From: Candidatus Aminicenantes bacterium
GTDB taxonomy: Bacteria; Acidobacteriota; Aminicenantia; S016-38
Length of the DNA stretch: 64,000 nt
NCBI GenBank assembly: GCA_026987025.1
Contig: JALSNJ010000029.1
Coordinates: forward strand, 15,695 to 79,694
Direction: 5' to 3'
Shown: positions 8,009-17,022 of the stretch, piece by piece
Numbering within the stretch: the first letter of the stretch is position 1
Layout of the letters: every line of letters starts with the position of its first letter
The notes under the pieces: model-generated
The model's database searches: none
What the model was told of the DNA's origin: nothing
Seen by the model: the letters and a program-made list of their open reading frames with translations, nothing else
Made by a program: the position numbers and the translations under genes

Positions 8009-8695
8009 TTATTTCTTATAAACCAGATCTCCCTTCCTGACGGCGTCTATGGGGAGAAGGGTTTCTATCACCGCATAATCTCCGGCGGTTCTAAGAACCA
8101 CCCCCGTGGATTTGGGTTTTTTCACCTTGTCTATTAATCCGAAAACCATGACGATATCCCCCCTGTGCAAGCCCAGGGCCTTCGCTCCTTTTATTACTGC
8201 CCACCCTTCTCCCAGCTGCTTGAAGGACGACTCAATGAAGACCACCTTCCCGGGCTTTCCTGCCGGGGCCAGGGTTTCCACTGTGATCGGTTTCACCTTT
8301 ACGGTGAACTCCCTTTCCACCACAAGCGGAAATACATGGGACCCCAATTTTACCCCTGTGCAGGAACGGCTGATTTTTATCAGATAGAGGTCGCCTTCTT
8401 TTCTCATAACCTTCCCGTATCCCTGTAGCTTGTATATCTTATAGCCCCCGGAAAGGGAGCCTGCTCTGGCTACCAAGGAATATGTTTCCCCCACATTGAG
8501 GTTGCCCTTGGCAAAAACTATGTCCCCTTCTGAGAAGGTTTGTTTGTTGAAGTCCTGATCCATGGAGCTTACGATTCGGGCGAGGGCTTTGTCCTTCAAC
8601 ACTATATAGGAACAGTTGAGGTCGTGGTTTCCTATCTTAACCTCCACCCCCATTAGAAGCCCAAAAAACAACAACCCTATGAGAATTTTCCTCAT
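8009..8695 (-). CDS. Exported hypothetical protein with a signal peptide
   Basis: The N-terminus MRKILIGLLFFGLLMG is a signal peptide. An RBS, GGAGG, lies upstream. There is no recognisable catalytic motif. Confidence 0.5.
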   Translation of the reverse strand: MRKILIGLLFFGLLMGVEVKIGNHDLNCSYIVLKDKALARIVSSMDQDFNKQTFSEGDIVFAKGNLNVGETYSLVARAGSLSGGYKIYKLQGYGKVMRKEGDLYLIKISRSCTGVKLGSHVFPLVVEREFTVKVKPITVETLAPAGKPGKVVFIESSFKQLGEGWAVIKGAKALGLHRGDIVMVFGLIDKVKKPKSTGVVLRTAGDYAVIETLLPIDAVRKGDLVYKK

Positions 8696-8809
8696 GTTTT
8701 TACCTCCGTTAGGAAGTCCCTATTAGTGTAAAAGAAAAAATAAGTCAAGTCAAGGAAGGCTCTTGACAACGGAGAGAAGAGTTGCCAGAATTTAATTGGA
8801 GGTGGAAAA

Positions 8810-8929
8810 ATGAGAACTTCCTTGCTGTTTTTCCTAGCAGTGGGGACAGCCTTTGCCCTGGGATTTGTCCTGGGAAAGAAGGTTATAAAGGATAGATTCC
8901 CTGAATTCCAGGAGGACTACGAGTATTAA
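8810..8929 (+). CDS. Small (39 aa) predicted single-pass membrane peptide, below the ORF-track cutoff
   Basis: An ATG at 8810 sits 6 nt after GGAGGTGG and encodes MRTSLLFFLAVGTAFALGFVLGKKVIKDRFPEFQEDYEY, a hydrophobic helix followed by a charged tail. TTGACA lies upstream at 8764-8769. Confidence 0.4.
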   Translation: MRTSLLFFLAVGTAFALGFVLGKKVIKDRFPEFQEDYEY

Positions 8930-9906
8930 TATAAAAGTATGTAATCGGACTTTACAAAGGGAGGGCCTATAAAGAAACCGTCCCTTACCTTTCCCTGGAT
9001 GGAGCGAAGCAGGTCTTCGGTTTTCATCTCCCTTTCTTTGCCGTTTTCCAGAAGGAGCTGGGTTATTTCTCCGTAAAACCGCAGGTTTACCGCCAGGGTG
9101 AAGGAAGAACAGGAGACCTGCGGGAGCTTTAAAATTATGTTTGTCCATCCAGTGGTGGGAGGCGAGTCTGGACTCATCCTGAGAAGGTGAATGGGCTTCC
9201 TGGCCTTTACTTTCCCTTTTTTGAAGATGGTTCTTCTTTTCATCTCCCTTCCCGATGCGTCAAAGGGGAAACTTCCCGGGCCGTAGTCCAGGGAGGGGTC
9301 CTCTTCCACCGTAAATTCCACCCCCTTTAAGGTGGTCCTTCCGGAAAGAATAAACTTGATCAATTTGAAGGAAGCCAGGGGGTGGAGCACCAGATTTCTT
9401 CCCCCATTGCCGTGAAAATCCGGGGGAAAATCCCGGATTCTGCTCCAGATCAGGAACTGCTCACCGCCCAGGGAGGCCTTGAAAGAATAAAGGGTTTCAG
9501 TATAGGAGCCCTCCCCTCCCCTGGTGTTTAGAAGGAGCACCTTCCTTCCCAGGGCGGAGAATCCCTCTATCCAGGAAGGAAATTCTATCTCCTCTCCGTA
9601 GGGCAGGCCCCTTTCGTCCCTTATTTTCACCGGGCTCTTCCTTATGTAAGAGGGAAGACGAAGCTCCCAATTTTCCCCTATTATGAAGCCATGGTTAAAA
9701 TTAACAGCAGGAGAGGTGGAGAAAAGAAAGAAAACCCCTGCCTTTTCTTTGTTCCAGCGGGTGGAAAAGCCGGTTCTGCTTCCGGAGACGATTCTGGTCT
9801 CCCAGCCTCCCTGAACCTCAACCCTTTCCTCCGCAAAGGCGAGAACATCCCCTTCCCAGCCCAGTGCCTTTATTTCCTCCAATATTTTTTTCGCCTTCTC
9901 ATACAT
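8926..9906 (-). CDS. TldD/PmbA-family protein (PmbA/TldE-like, short)
   Basis: The N-terminal pattern ILEEIKALGWEGDVLAFAEERVEVQGGWETRIV...GFSTRW is PmbA-like, and the C-terminal D.SGRE...G pattern fits. It is adjacent to, and overlaps, the TldD-like gene. Confidence 0.5.
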   Translation of the reverse strand: MYEKAKKILEEIKALGWEGDVLAFAEERVEVQGGWETRIVSGSRTGFSTRWNKEKAGVFFLFSTSPAVNFNHGFIIGENWELRLPSYIRKSPVKIRDERGLPYGEEIEFPSWIEGFSALGRKVLLLNTRGGEGSYTETLYSFKASLGGEQFLIWSRIRDFPPDFHGNGGRNLVLHPLASFKLIKFILSGRTTLKGVEFTVEEDPSLDYGPGSFPFDASGREMKRRTIFKKGKVKARKPIHLLRMSPDSPPTTGWTNIILKLPQVSCSSFTLAVNLRFYGEITQLLLENGKEREMKTEDLLRSIQGKVRDGFFIGPPFVKSDYILLY

Positions 9907-11080
9907 TTCTGGAAAATCCTTTTACCAAAAAATCCGGGGCAATGGAGGAGAAAACCACCCGCTGTCCTCCCTTTATACAAAAGAACCTTTCCTCCTTGTT
10001 CAGATCAGAGGAGCTCCAGAAAAACCTTTCATCTAAGGGTATGTTTACCGAAAGCCACAAAGGGTCCAGGGGAAAAAGGACCCTTCCCTCTTCCACCCAG
10101 TATCCCAAGGAAACCCTGAAGCTGGCCTCCCCCCTTTTGAAGTCCACCCAGGCCCTGTCTATTTCCCTTACCAGGACCCCCCTTTTGATTTTCTGTAGTA
10201 TTTCTATCTGGGAGAGCTCCCCCTTTCTTATAATTACCTTCTTGGGACGGACCATGGGAGGGAAGCGGTAATTTTGACGCCTTCCATGGGGAAGGAAGGG
10301 AAGGCGGTATAGAAGTGAATAATAAACGGAGGATGCAAAACCCACCAGGCGTCCCTTTTCAATCAAGACCTTTTTGCCGAGAACCCTCCCTTCGTCGTCC
10401 GGCTCGCGGGAAGATGAGACAAGGGAGAGGGAGGAGGGAAAGATTTTCTTCCACAGCATGGAAGGAGAAAGGGGGGATTGTCCCCGGAGAATCAGGTCCA
10501 ATTCCAGGGGATGCCAGAAGACTTCGTGGGCGAATACCGAAGCGGCACCCTCGGTGAACAGGAAGAACATTTCCCCTTCCCGGGGAAGTTTTTTGGCAAC
10601 TCTCCTTGTCCGTTTCTTTTCCTGGAAGTAATCCACAAAGCCATCCAGAAATACGCTGGAGGGCCTGGAAGAATATATCCTTCGGTGAACCACCCCCCCT
10701 TCTTTAACCTGAAGAAGGTAAAATTCCTCCACTTTTTCCTGGTGGTTTTCGGGGGTGAGGATGATAGAATTTCTCTTTGTATAGCTTATGCTTATCTCCC
10801 CTTCCAGACCCCGGTCCCTTAATCTCCTCAGGGTATCCTCCAGAAGATCTTCCGCAGCGATTTTTTCCTTGTGGTCTATTGAGGAGGATTTTATGTACTC
10901 CGTTTCCCCCACAATCCAGCGAAGGGCTTTTCCCTCTTCCAGGGAAAAATGGTAGAAAAGCCTTCCCCGGTAATCCGTGAGGGAATAATGGATGGTTCTT
11001 TCCACATAAAGGTCCTTGTAGTCAGCCTTTACTGACTCCAGCTCCCTCCTCAATTTCCGACTTTCAATTCTCATTTCCAC
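9899..11080 (-). CDS. TldD/PmbA-family metallopeptidase-like protein with a variant HEVFWHPLE motif
   Basis: GAASVFAHEVFWHPLE has the same spacing as the TldD HEAVGHGLE motif. The C-terminal DFKRGEASFRVSLGYWVEEGR matches the TldD/PmbA C-terminal domain. Confidence 0.55.
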   Translation of the reverse strand: MEMRIESRKLRRELESVKADYKDLYVERTIHYSLTDYRGRLFYHFSLEEGKALRWIVGETEYIKSSSIDHKEKIAAEDLLEDTLRRLRDRGLEGEISISYTKRNSIILTPENHQEKVEEFYLLQVKEGGVVHRRIYSSRPSSVFLDGFVDYFQEKKRTRRVAKKLPREGEMFFLFTEGAASVFAHEVFWHPLELDLILRGQSPLSPSMLWKKIFPSSLSLVSSSREPDDEGRVLGKKVLIEKGRLVGFASSVYYSLLYRLPFLPHGRRQNYRFPPMVRPKKVIIRKGELSQIEILQKIKRGVLVREIDRAWVDFKRGEASFRVSLGYWVEEGRVLFPLDPLWLSVNIPLDERFFWSSSDLNKEERFFCIKGGQRVVFSSIAPDFLVKGFSRNV

Positions 11081-11103
11081 CCTTGATATAATAACATCCG
11101 GAG

Positions 11104-12459
11104 GTGAACATGGACATTGAAGAAATTGAGGAGATAATAAAGCGCAGAGAGGTAAAGTACATTGACCTTAAGGCCCTGGACCTTCGGGGAAACCTTCATC
11201 ATGTTACCCTGCCCGTGGAATATTTTTCTCAAAATATTCTGGAGGAAGGGGTGGGGTTTGATGGTTCCAGCTACGGATATCTTCCTGTGGAGTCCTCGGA
11301 CCTGGTTTTAAAGCCCGTCCTGGAGACCGGTTTTATGGACCCCTTCCACCGCGAGCCGACCCTTTCCTTCCTCTGTACCATTCACCTGGCCGATAAGGGA
11401 AGGAGCCGCTATCCCATGGACCCCAGATTTATCCTGGAAAAGAGCGTGGAGGTTATGAGGAAAACCGGGGTGGGCGATGACATATTCTGGGGCCCGGAGT
11501 ATGAGTTTTACCTTTTCAAAAACGCGGAATTTTATTCCGAAGACTTCTCCAGCGGGTTTCACATTACATCCGAAAGGGTTGGCTATTATAACGGATATCA
11601 CCGGGAGATTCCCCGGGATGAATTTCTGGATTTCAGGAGCGAGGCCGTAGGTTTGTTAAGGAGCGCAGGGATTGAGGTTAAATACCATCATCACGAAGTG
11701 GGCCAGGCAGGCCAGCAGGAAATAGAGACCGTCTTCACTCCTTCCCTTAAAACTGCGGACAATGCGGTGAAGATTAAGTACCTTCTCAAGGGCTTGGCCT
11801 CCAGGAGGGGCATTTTCCTTACTTTTATGCCCAAACCCCTTTACAATCAGGCGGGAACCGGATGGCACCTGCATCAGATGATCCTCAGGGATGGGGGAAA
11901 TGTGTTTTACAGTTCGCAGGGATATGCCAACTTGAGCAAGGAGGCCCTCCATTATGTAGGGGGGCTCCTCTATCACGCAAAATCTCTGGCGGCCTTCACC
12001 AATGCATCCACCAACTCTTACAAAAGGTTAAATGGGGGATTTGAGGCCCCTGCATCCATCAGCTTTGGACGGGGCAACAGGGGTTCGGCGGTGAGAATTC
12101 CCGGATATGTGAAGGACCCCTCCAGAACCAGGATAGAGTTCAGAACCCCGGATTTTACAGGGAACCCCTATTTGATTCTGGCCTCCATAATAATGGCCGG
12201 AATGGACGGTATCATAAGGGGGCTTGACCCTGTGGAGATGGGTTACGGTCCTGCCGAGGAGGGAAGGACCATCCTTAAGGAGTCCATGCCCTCTTCCTTA
12301 GAGCAGGCCCTGAGGGAACTGGAGGACGATAAGGATTATCTTTTAAGGGAAGGGGTCTTTTCCGAGGAATTGATAAGAAAGTGGATAAGCCTCAAGAAGG
12401 AGGAGATAAAATTCGTGGAAATGAGGCCTTCCCCCGCTGAATTCGTCCTTTACTTTTAG
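11104..12459 (+). CDS. Glutamine synthetase family protein (divergent GS-like paralogue)
   Basis: It has the GS catalytic-domain pattern (...EYEF...; HHHEVGQAGQQEIE; NSYKRL...; RIPG) and is 451 aa long. Confidence 0.7.
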   Translation: MNMDIEEIEEIIKRREVKYIDLKALDLRGNLHHVTLPVEYFSQNILEEGVGFDGSSYGYLPVESSDLVLKPVLETGFMDPFHREPTLSFLCTIHLADKGRSRYPMDPRFILEKSVEVMRKTGVGDDIFWGPEYEFYLFKNAEFYSEDFSSGFHITSERVGYYNGYHREIPRDEFLDFRSEAVGLLRSAGIEVKYHHHEVGQAGQQEIETVFTPSLKTADNAVKIKYLLKGLASRRGIFLTFMPKPLYNQAGTGWHLHQMILRDGGNVFYSSQGYANLSKEALHYVGGLLYHAKSLAAFTNASTNSYKRLNGGFEAPASISFGRGNRGSAVRIPGYVKDPSRTRIEFRTPDFTGNPYLILASIIMAGMDGIIRGLDPVEMGYGPAEEGRTILKESMPSSLEQALRELEDDKDYLLREGVFSEELIRKWISLKKEEIKFVEMRPSPAEFVLYF

Positions 12460-13199
12460 AAAATTATTCCCAGCCCCGCTCCTAAGGTAAATCCATCAAG
12501 GAAGCCTCCCTCCACATAGATGGAGGCGTTTTCTCCGAGCCTCCCCCTTATACCCAGCGCTGCTTTAATGAAGGGCATAAAGTTGGGTATTCCTTCCTCC
12601 TGGCGGAGTTCCTCCAGGGTTTTGCTCTGGTTCTCGGTGTAATTATCGGTGGTTCCACCTGCATTGACCCTTACATATCCGGTATAGGAGGCGGTTCCGT
12701 TCAGGGTTCCTCCCCCAAGTCCAAAGGAGAGGTAGGGGCTTACCCCGGAAGATGGAACGAACTCCCACTGTAGGGATACAAGGGCAGCGTAGGAATTTAT
12801 GCTCACCTCCCCGCTTCCGTTGAAACTGGCAGAGTCCTGTCCCTTCTTCGCCAGGATCTCACCTTCAAGGACCATGTCCATTTTAGCTCTGAGTAGAATA
12901 ATCCCCAGGCTGAAACTGGAATTCTTTCCCCCGGGATAGAATCGCAGGCCCAGGGAGAAATTTCCTCCCCCGGAGGAGAAACTTTCGGTGTGTTGATAGG
13001 TGGCTCCCCTGAGCTCAGTATACTTCTCTTCCAGGTCTTCGCTTATTATCTGGTCTACCCTCTCCCTGGCGAAGCTTTCAATTTTACCCTTTAAAAGGTT
13101 CAGGGACCACACCCCGGCACCTCCGTAAAATTCCACCCTCACCCCCGCCCAGATGGGAAGGGCTAAAAATAGAATAAGGAAGATAACCGTTTTTCTCAT
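12456..13199 (-). CDS. Outer-membrane beta-barrel protein
   Basis: It has a signal peptide and alternating G/S/T/Y-rich beta strands, and ends in an aromatic residue (...GLGIIF). Confidence 0.6.
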   Translation of the reverse strand: MRKTVIFLILFLALPIWAGVRVEFYGGAGVWSLNLLKGKIESFARERVDQIISEDLEEKYTELRGATYQHTESFSSGGGNFSLGLRFYPGGKNSSFSLGIILLRAKMDMVLEGEILAKKGQDSASFNGSGEVSINSYAALVSLQWEFVPSSGVSPYLSFGLGGGTLNGTASYTGYVRVNAGGTTDNYTENQSKTLEELRQEEGIPNFMPFIKAALGIRGRLGENASIYVEGGFLDGFTLGAGLGIIF

Positions 13200-13224
13200 G
13201 GAAAAATTCTAACATTCCGGGGTC

Positions 13225-13253
13225 TTGAAAAAAAATCCTTCTCCTGTTAATAT
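13225..13253 (+). promoter_or_regulatory. Sigma70-like promoter, TTGAAA-17-TAATAT, upstream of the 13286 CDS
   Basis: TTGAAA lies at 13225-13230, followed by a 17-nt spacer and TAATAT at 13248-13253. The RBS AAGGAGG precedes the ATG at 13286. Confidence 0.4.
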
Positions 13254-13285
13254 GGCCTCTTATAGGAGAAAAGGAGGATTAGCAG

Positions 13286-13855
13286 ATGAGATTCTACGAA
13301 TTTGTGGTCGAAGCCCCACTTTTGTTAACCAAAGGGTTTGTTTATGGATGGATAAGGGGAAGGGGAATTGAGGATGAGGTGGTTTACTTCAGCAAAATTT
13401 TGGGCATAGAAAGGTCCACCCTTTCCGACGCCCTCAGGGAATGGTTCGGTCTGGAGAACCTCACCCACTTTGTGGTAAGGGAAGACATTGCCGAGGACCT
13501 CAAAAAATGTATAGAAAGATGCACCGATAGGCTGGGAATTAAGCTCAAATCCGTAAGGCCCATAAAGGCGGCTCAGGTCAGGTTCTCCTTCTCCATTTAC
13601 AACAGGGAGCTGGCTCAGAGGTTGAAGAGGGCCCTGGAAAAGCTCCCTGCAGAACGCATAAAGAAACACCAGGAGAAGGAGACTTATATAAAGGAGGCAG
13701 AGCAAACTGAAATGTACGCACCCCTTCATCCTTACATCTACGAGGGGGAATACGAGGTGGAAGGGCCCTTCCAGGAGGTAATAGGGTTCTACAAAGAAAT
13801 AAGGGAAATACCTCAGGTGAAGGAAGAACCGCTTAAACTCATTTTTGAAGATTAA
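13286..13855 (+). CDS. Hypothetical cytoplasmic protein (189 aa)
   Basis: It is an intact ORF with an RBS and a promoter. I recognise no domain. Confidence 0.45.
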   Translation: MRFYEFVVEAPLLLTKGFVYGWIRGRGIEDEVVYFSKILGIERSTLSDALREWFGLENLTHFVVREDIAEDLKKCIERCTDRLGIKLKSVRPIKAAQVRFSFSIYNRELAQRLKRALEKLPAERIKKHQEKETYIKEAEQTEMYAPLHPYIYEGEYEVEGPFQEVIGFYKEIREIPQVKEEPLKLIFED

Positions 13856-14658
13856 GGTTTAAGAAAGAACTTTATTGCCCCTGAGATTAACAGGATTACG
13901 AAGCCCGAAGCTATAATGGTGGCCCCGGAGGGGAGGTCCAGCTTATAGGAAAGTAAAATCCCTGAGAGGAAGGACAGAAGCCCGAAAAAGGCGGAAAGGC
14001 CTATGTAGGCTTTCATGTTTCTTGCGAACTGAAGGGCAGCCAGAGGAGGGATGACCAGCAGTCCTGAGAGCAGAATTATCCCCACCACCTTTATGCTCAC
14101 CACGATTACTAAGGAGGTTAAAATTAAAAAAAGATAGTAGACCAGAGAGGTATTTATCCCCAGGACCTGAGCCGTTTCCTCATCAAAGGTGGCAAACACC
14201 ATCTCCCTGAAAAAGAGGATAAAAAAAAGCAGGGTCAGGGTCAGGGATATCCAGGAGAGATAAAGCTCGGTTTTACCCACCAGCAGTATATCCCCGAAGA
14301 GGTAGCCCATTATATTGGGGGTATATCCCTTTATGAAACCCAGCAGGATTATTCCCAGGGACATGGAGAAGGGGAAGAAGACTCCAACGGCGCTTTCCTC
14401 TTCAATTTTGTAGTTCCTGGAGAGGAATCCGATGGAAAGTCCTGTGAAGGAGGCAAAGGCCAAAGCAGAAGCCATGGGGTTTATTCCCAGAAGCAGCCCT
14501 ATTACTACCCCGGCAAAGGAAGAGTGGGCTATCCCTGCTCCTATGAAGGTCATCTTTCTTATAACCACGAAACTACCCAGAAGGGAGGAGGCCGCTGCCA
14601 CAGCAAGCCCTCCCAGCAGGGCGTTTTTCATGAAGGGTATTTTCAGTATTTCAATCAC
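13852..14658 (-). CDS. znuB: Metal (Zn/Mn) ABC transporter permease
   Basis: It is a polytopic membrane protein typical of ZnuB/MntB. It has a 4-nt overlap with the upstream ATPase gene. Confidence 0.75.
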   Translation of the reverse strand: MIEILKIPFMKNALLGGLAVAAASSLLGSFVVIRKMTFIGAGIAHSSFAGVVIGLLLGINPMASALAFASFTGLSIGFLSRNYKIEEESAVGVFFPFSMSLGIILLGFIKGYTPNIMGYLFGDILLVGKTELYLSWISLTLTLLFFILFFREMVFATFDEETAQVLGINTSLVYYLFLILTSLVIVVSIKVVGIILLSGLLVIPPLAALQFARNMKAYIGLSAFFGLLSFLSGILLSYKLDLPSGATIIASGFVILLISGAIKFFLKP

Positions 14659-15412
14659 GGTGTTTCTCCACTATTAAATGAGGTGCTGGCCCGTGGCCGA
14701 AATAGGCTGCCGCTTCTCCATAGAGGCACTTGAGGTTCTCCCCTGTGAGAACTTCCTGGGGTCTCCCGTGGACCACCACCGTCCTGTTGAGGCAGGCTAT
14801 AGAGGAGACCACCTGGGAGACGGCCATAACATCGTGGGTTACGGTTATTATGGTGGTTCCGTATTTTTCCCTGATCTTCAGCAACAGTTTGTAAAAACCT
14901 TCCTGAAAGGAAGGGTCTAATCCGGTCTCGGGTTCATCTAAAATCAGCAGCTTGGGTTTCCTCACCAAGGCCCGGGCTATTAGAACCCTTTGCCTCTGTC
15001 CGCCGGAAAGCTCTCCGAAGAGCCTTTTTTTCAGGGATAGGATCCCTACCTCCTCCAAGACTCTTTCGGCTTCCATCCGTTGAGGTTTTCCTGGCCATTT
15101 CAGTATTCCCTCATAAAGCCCCATCATAACCACGGAGAAGGCGGTTATGGGCATCCTCCGATTGGGCTGGAGGTTCTGGGGAACATATCCTATATAACCT
15201 CTGGCCTTTTCCGGAGGAAGGCCGAAGATCCTTACTTCCCCCCGACGGGGCTTGAGGAGTCCCAGGATTAATTTAAGGAGGGTGGTTTTTCCGGCTCCGT
15301 TGGGTCCTAAAATGGCCACAGTTTCCCCTGCTTCGGCGGAAAAATTCACCCCCTTAAGCACATCTTCGCCGCCGTAGGAAAACCAAAGGTCCTTTACCTC
15401 CAGGGCTTTCAT
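14651..15412 (-). CDS. znuC: Metal ABC transporter ATP-binding protein
   Basis: It has Walker A (GPNGAGKTTLLK), the signature LSGGQRQR and Walker B (LLILDEP). Confidence 0.8.
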   Translation of the reverse strand: MKALEVKDLWFSYGGEDVLKGVNFSAEAGETVAILGPNGAGKTTLLKLILGLLKPRRGEVRIFGLPPEKARGYIGYVPQNLQPNRRMPITAFSVVMMGLYEGILKWPGKPQRMEAERVLEEVGILSLKKRLFGELSGGQRQRVLIARALVRKPKLLILDEPETGLDPSFQEGFYKLLLKIREKYGTTIITVTHDVMAVSQVVSSIACLNRTVVVHGRPQEVLTGENLKCLYGEAAAYFGHGPAPHLIVEKHRD

Positions 15413-16182
15413 TTCAGTCTTTCCACCAGCTGGCGGGCGTTCTCAAGGATGAATTCGGAGTAGGAGGGGAAATCCCGCCTTTCCGCTAAGGGGTCCAGCA
15501 TCACCCAGGGAATTCCCGCCCATCCGGCCAGGATTTTCGCCTTTTCTTCAGGGATGGAAGGGTCGAAAATTATAAGATCTCCCTTCAGCCGGGCCATTTT
15601 TCCCGGGGTGGGGGGCCGGGAAGGGTCAGGGGTTAGAACCTGGAAGTCCCCGAGTCCGTAGTCCTCAAGGAAATAAACCCAAGCTGGTCTGTAGAGAATG
15701 ATTTTCTTCCCGGAGAACCGTCCCAGCATCCGCCGAAGTTCCCGGTTCAGGTTTTTCAAATCATCTGCAGCCCTGTGGGCCCTGCTCCTTATTTCCCCCT
15801 CAATTTCAGGGAAGGTTTCCACTAAGTAATGCTCAATGGCCGGCAGGACTTTCACCATCCTCAGGGGAGAGAGCCAGTAATGGGGGTTGGGTCTTCCTCC
15901 CCTTTTGATCAGAGGGACATGGGCGGAAAGGTCCACCTCCTTAGCTCCTGGAATTTTCCACGGTTCCAGCCCAGCTCCTATTTTGAAGACGAGTTTTGCC
16001 TTTAGAATCCTTCTCACCTCCCGGGGAGTAGGGGAGAAAATGTGGGGGGAGCGATGAGGGGGGACCACGGTTATCACCTCCCCCGGATAAATTTCCCCTA
16101 CAAGGAGGGAAAGGGGTTTTATGGATGCTGCCACCTGGGAGAAAACCAAGGCCGGGAACAGGAGCAAAAACAATTTTCTCAT
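15409..16182 (-). CDS. znuA: Metal ABC transporter substrate-binding protein (ZnuA/TroA-like, short)
   Basis: It has a signal peptide and is positioned first in the ABC operon. Its similarity to TroA-family proteins is weak. Confidence 0.55.
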   Translation of the reverse strand: MRKLFLLLFPALVFSQVAASIKPLSLLVGEIYPGEVITVVPPHRSPHIFSPTPREVRRILKAKLVFKIGAGLEPWKIPGAKEVDLSAHVPLIKRGGRPNPHYWLSPLRMVKVLPAIEHYLVETFPEIEGEIRSRAHRAADDLKNLNRELRRMLGRFSGKKIILYRPAWVYFLEDYGLGDFQVLTPDPSRPPTPGKMARLKGDLIIFDPSIPEEKAKILAGWAGIPWVMLDPLAERRDFPSYSEFILENARQLVERLK

Positions 16183-16209
16183 AAATTAATTATAAAACCC
16201 GGATGGGGC

Positions 16210-17013
16210 TCAGGAAAATTCCCGGGCCAGGTATTTTTCCCCGAAAAACAGGGAAATCCTGGAATATGCCTTTACGAGAACGAAGACCTGAAAGAGGAAA
16301 ATATAAAGGAGAGGGGGCAGGGGCGAAAGGAGCGGTTTTAAAAGGAATAAGGGTATAGCCCAAAGGAGCAGGGACGCAATACCCATGATGAGAGAGGAGA
16401 ACCAGCGCATTAAAAGCACCTTCCAGGAGAAGAGGACCGCCCGGACGGCGCTTCGGTTGTCCCTCACCACCGCCAGTTTGGCGTAATCCTTGTTGATGGA
16501 AGCGAGGACGAGGAGAAGAAAGAGGATTAAAAGATAAGCCACCAGTGCCAAGGAGAAGGCTTTTTCCCGGTAATAGGGTATTGGTTTGATCAGAAGGAAA
16601 AATATCCCTGCGGTAAGTATGTAGGGCAGGTAAATCACCGGGGTGAGGATTTCCAGGAGCAGGAAGCGGCCGAAGTATTTTCTCCAGTAGGAAAAAGGTT
16701 CCCTTCTGAGTATGCCCGCCCATATCCCCCCTTCTACGATGAGGGAGGCAATGTAGAAGAGCAAAAATACGGTGAAAACCGTGGCAAAGAAGAGGCCGGA
16801 GTTATCGTTATTGCATGCCAGAGAAATATAGGCGGGATGTTCGGTTAAATATCCCCAGTCCGGGAAATGGGAAAGTTTGATGGAGAAGAAAGTCTTCGCT
16901 GGCAAATATAGTGTGAAGACCATAGCCAAGGAGAGAAACCAGAGGTACAGTATAAACCTGAACTCCCAGAGGGCTTCCCTCAATCCTTCGGCATAATAAA
17001 GAATGCCTTTCAT
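16210..17013 (-). CDS. Hypothetical polytopic integral membrane protein
   Basis: It has at least 6 hydrophobic helices and is co-directional with the M1 peptidase and the znu genes. Confidence 0.45.
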   Translation of the reverse strand: MKGILYYAEGLREALWEFRFILYLWFLSLAMVFTLYLPAKTFFSIKLSHFPDWGYLTEHPAYISLACNNDNSGLFFATVFTVFLLFYIASLIVEGGIWAGILRREPFSYWRKYFGRFLLLEILTPVIYLPYILTAGIFFLLIKPIPYYREKAFSLALVAYLLILFLLLVLASINKDYAKLAVVRDNRSAVRAVLFSWKVLLMRWFSSLIMGIASLLLWAIPLFLLKPLLSPLPPLLYIFLFQVFVLVKAYSRISLFFGEKYLAREFS

Positions 17014-17022
17014 TTTTTCCTC

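Noticed and set aside
8764-8796. A TTGACA -35-like hexamer upstream of the small ORF
   Set aside because: No well-spaced -10 was found (the best candidates have 16- or 21-nt spacers and poor matches). It is mentioned only as weak support.
16190-16723. A 177-aa minus-strand ORF in an alternative frame
   Set aside because: It overlaps the 267-aa membrane protein frame, which shows a consistent TM-helix periodicity.
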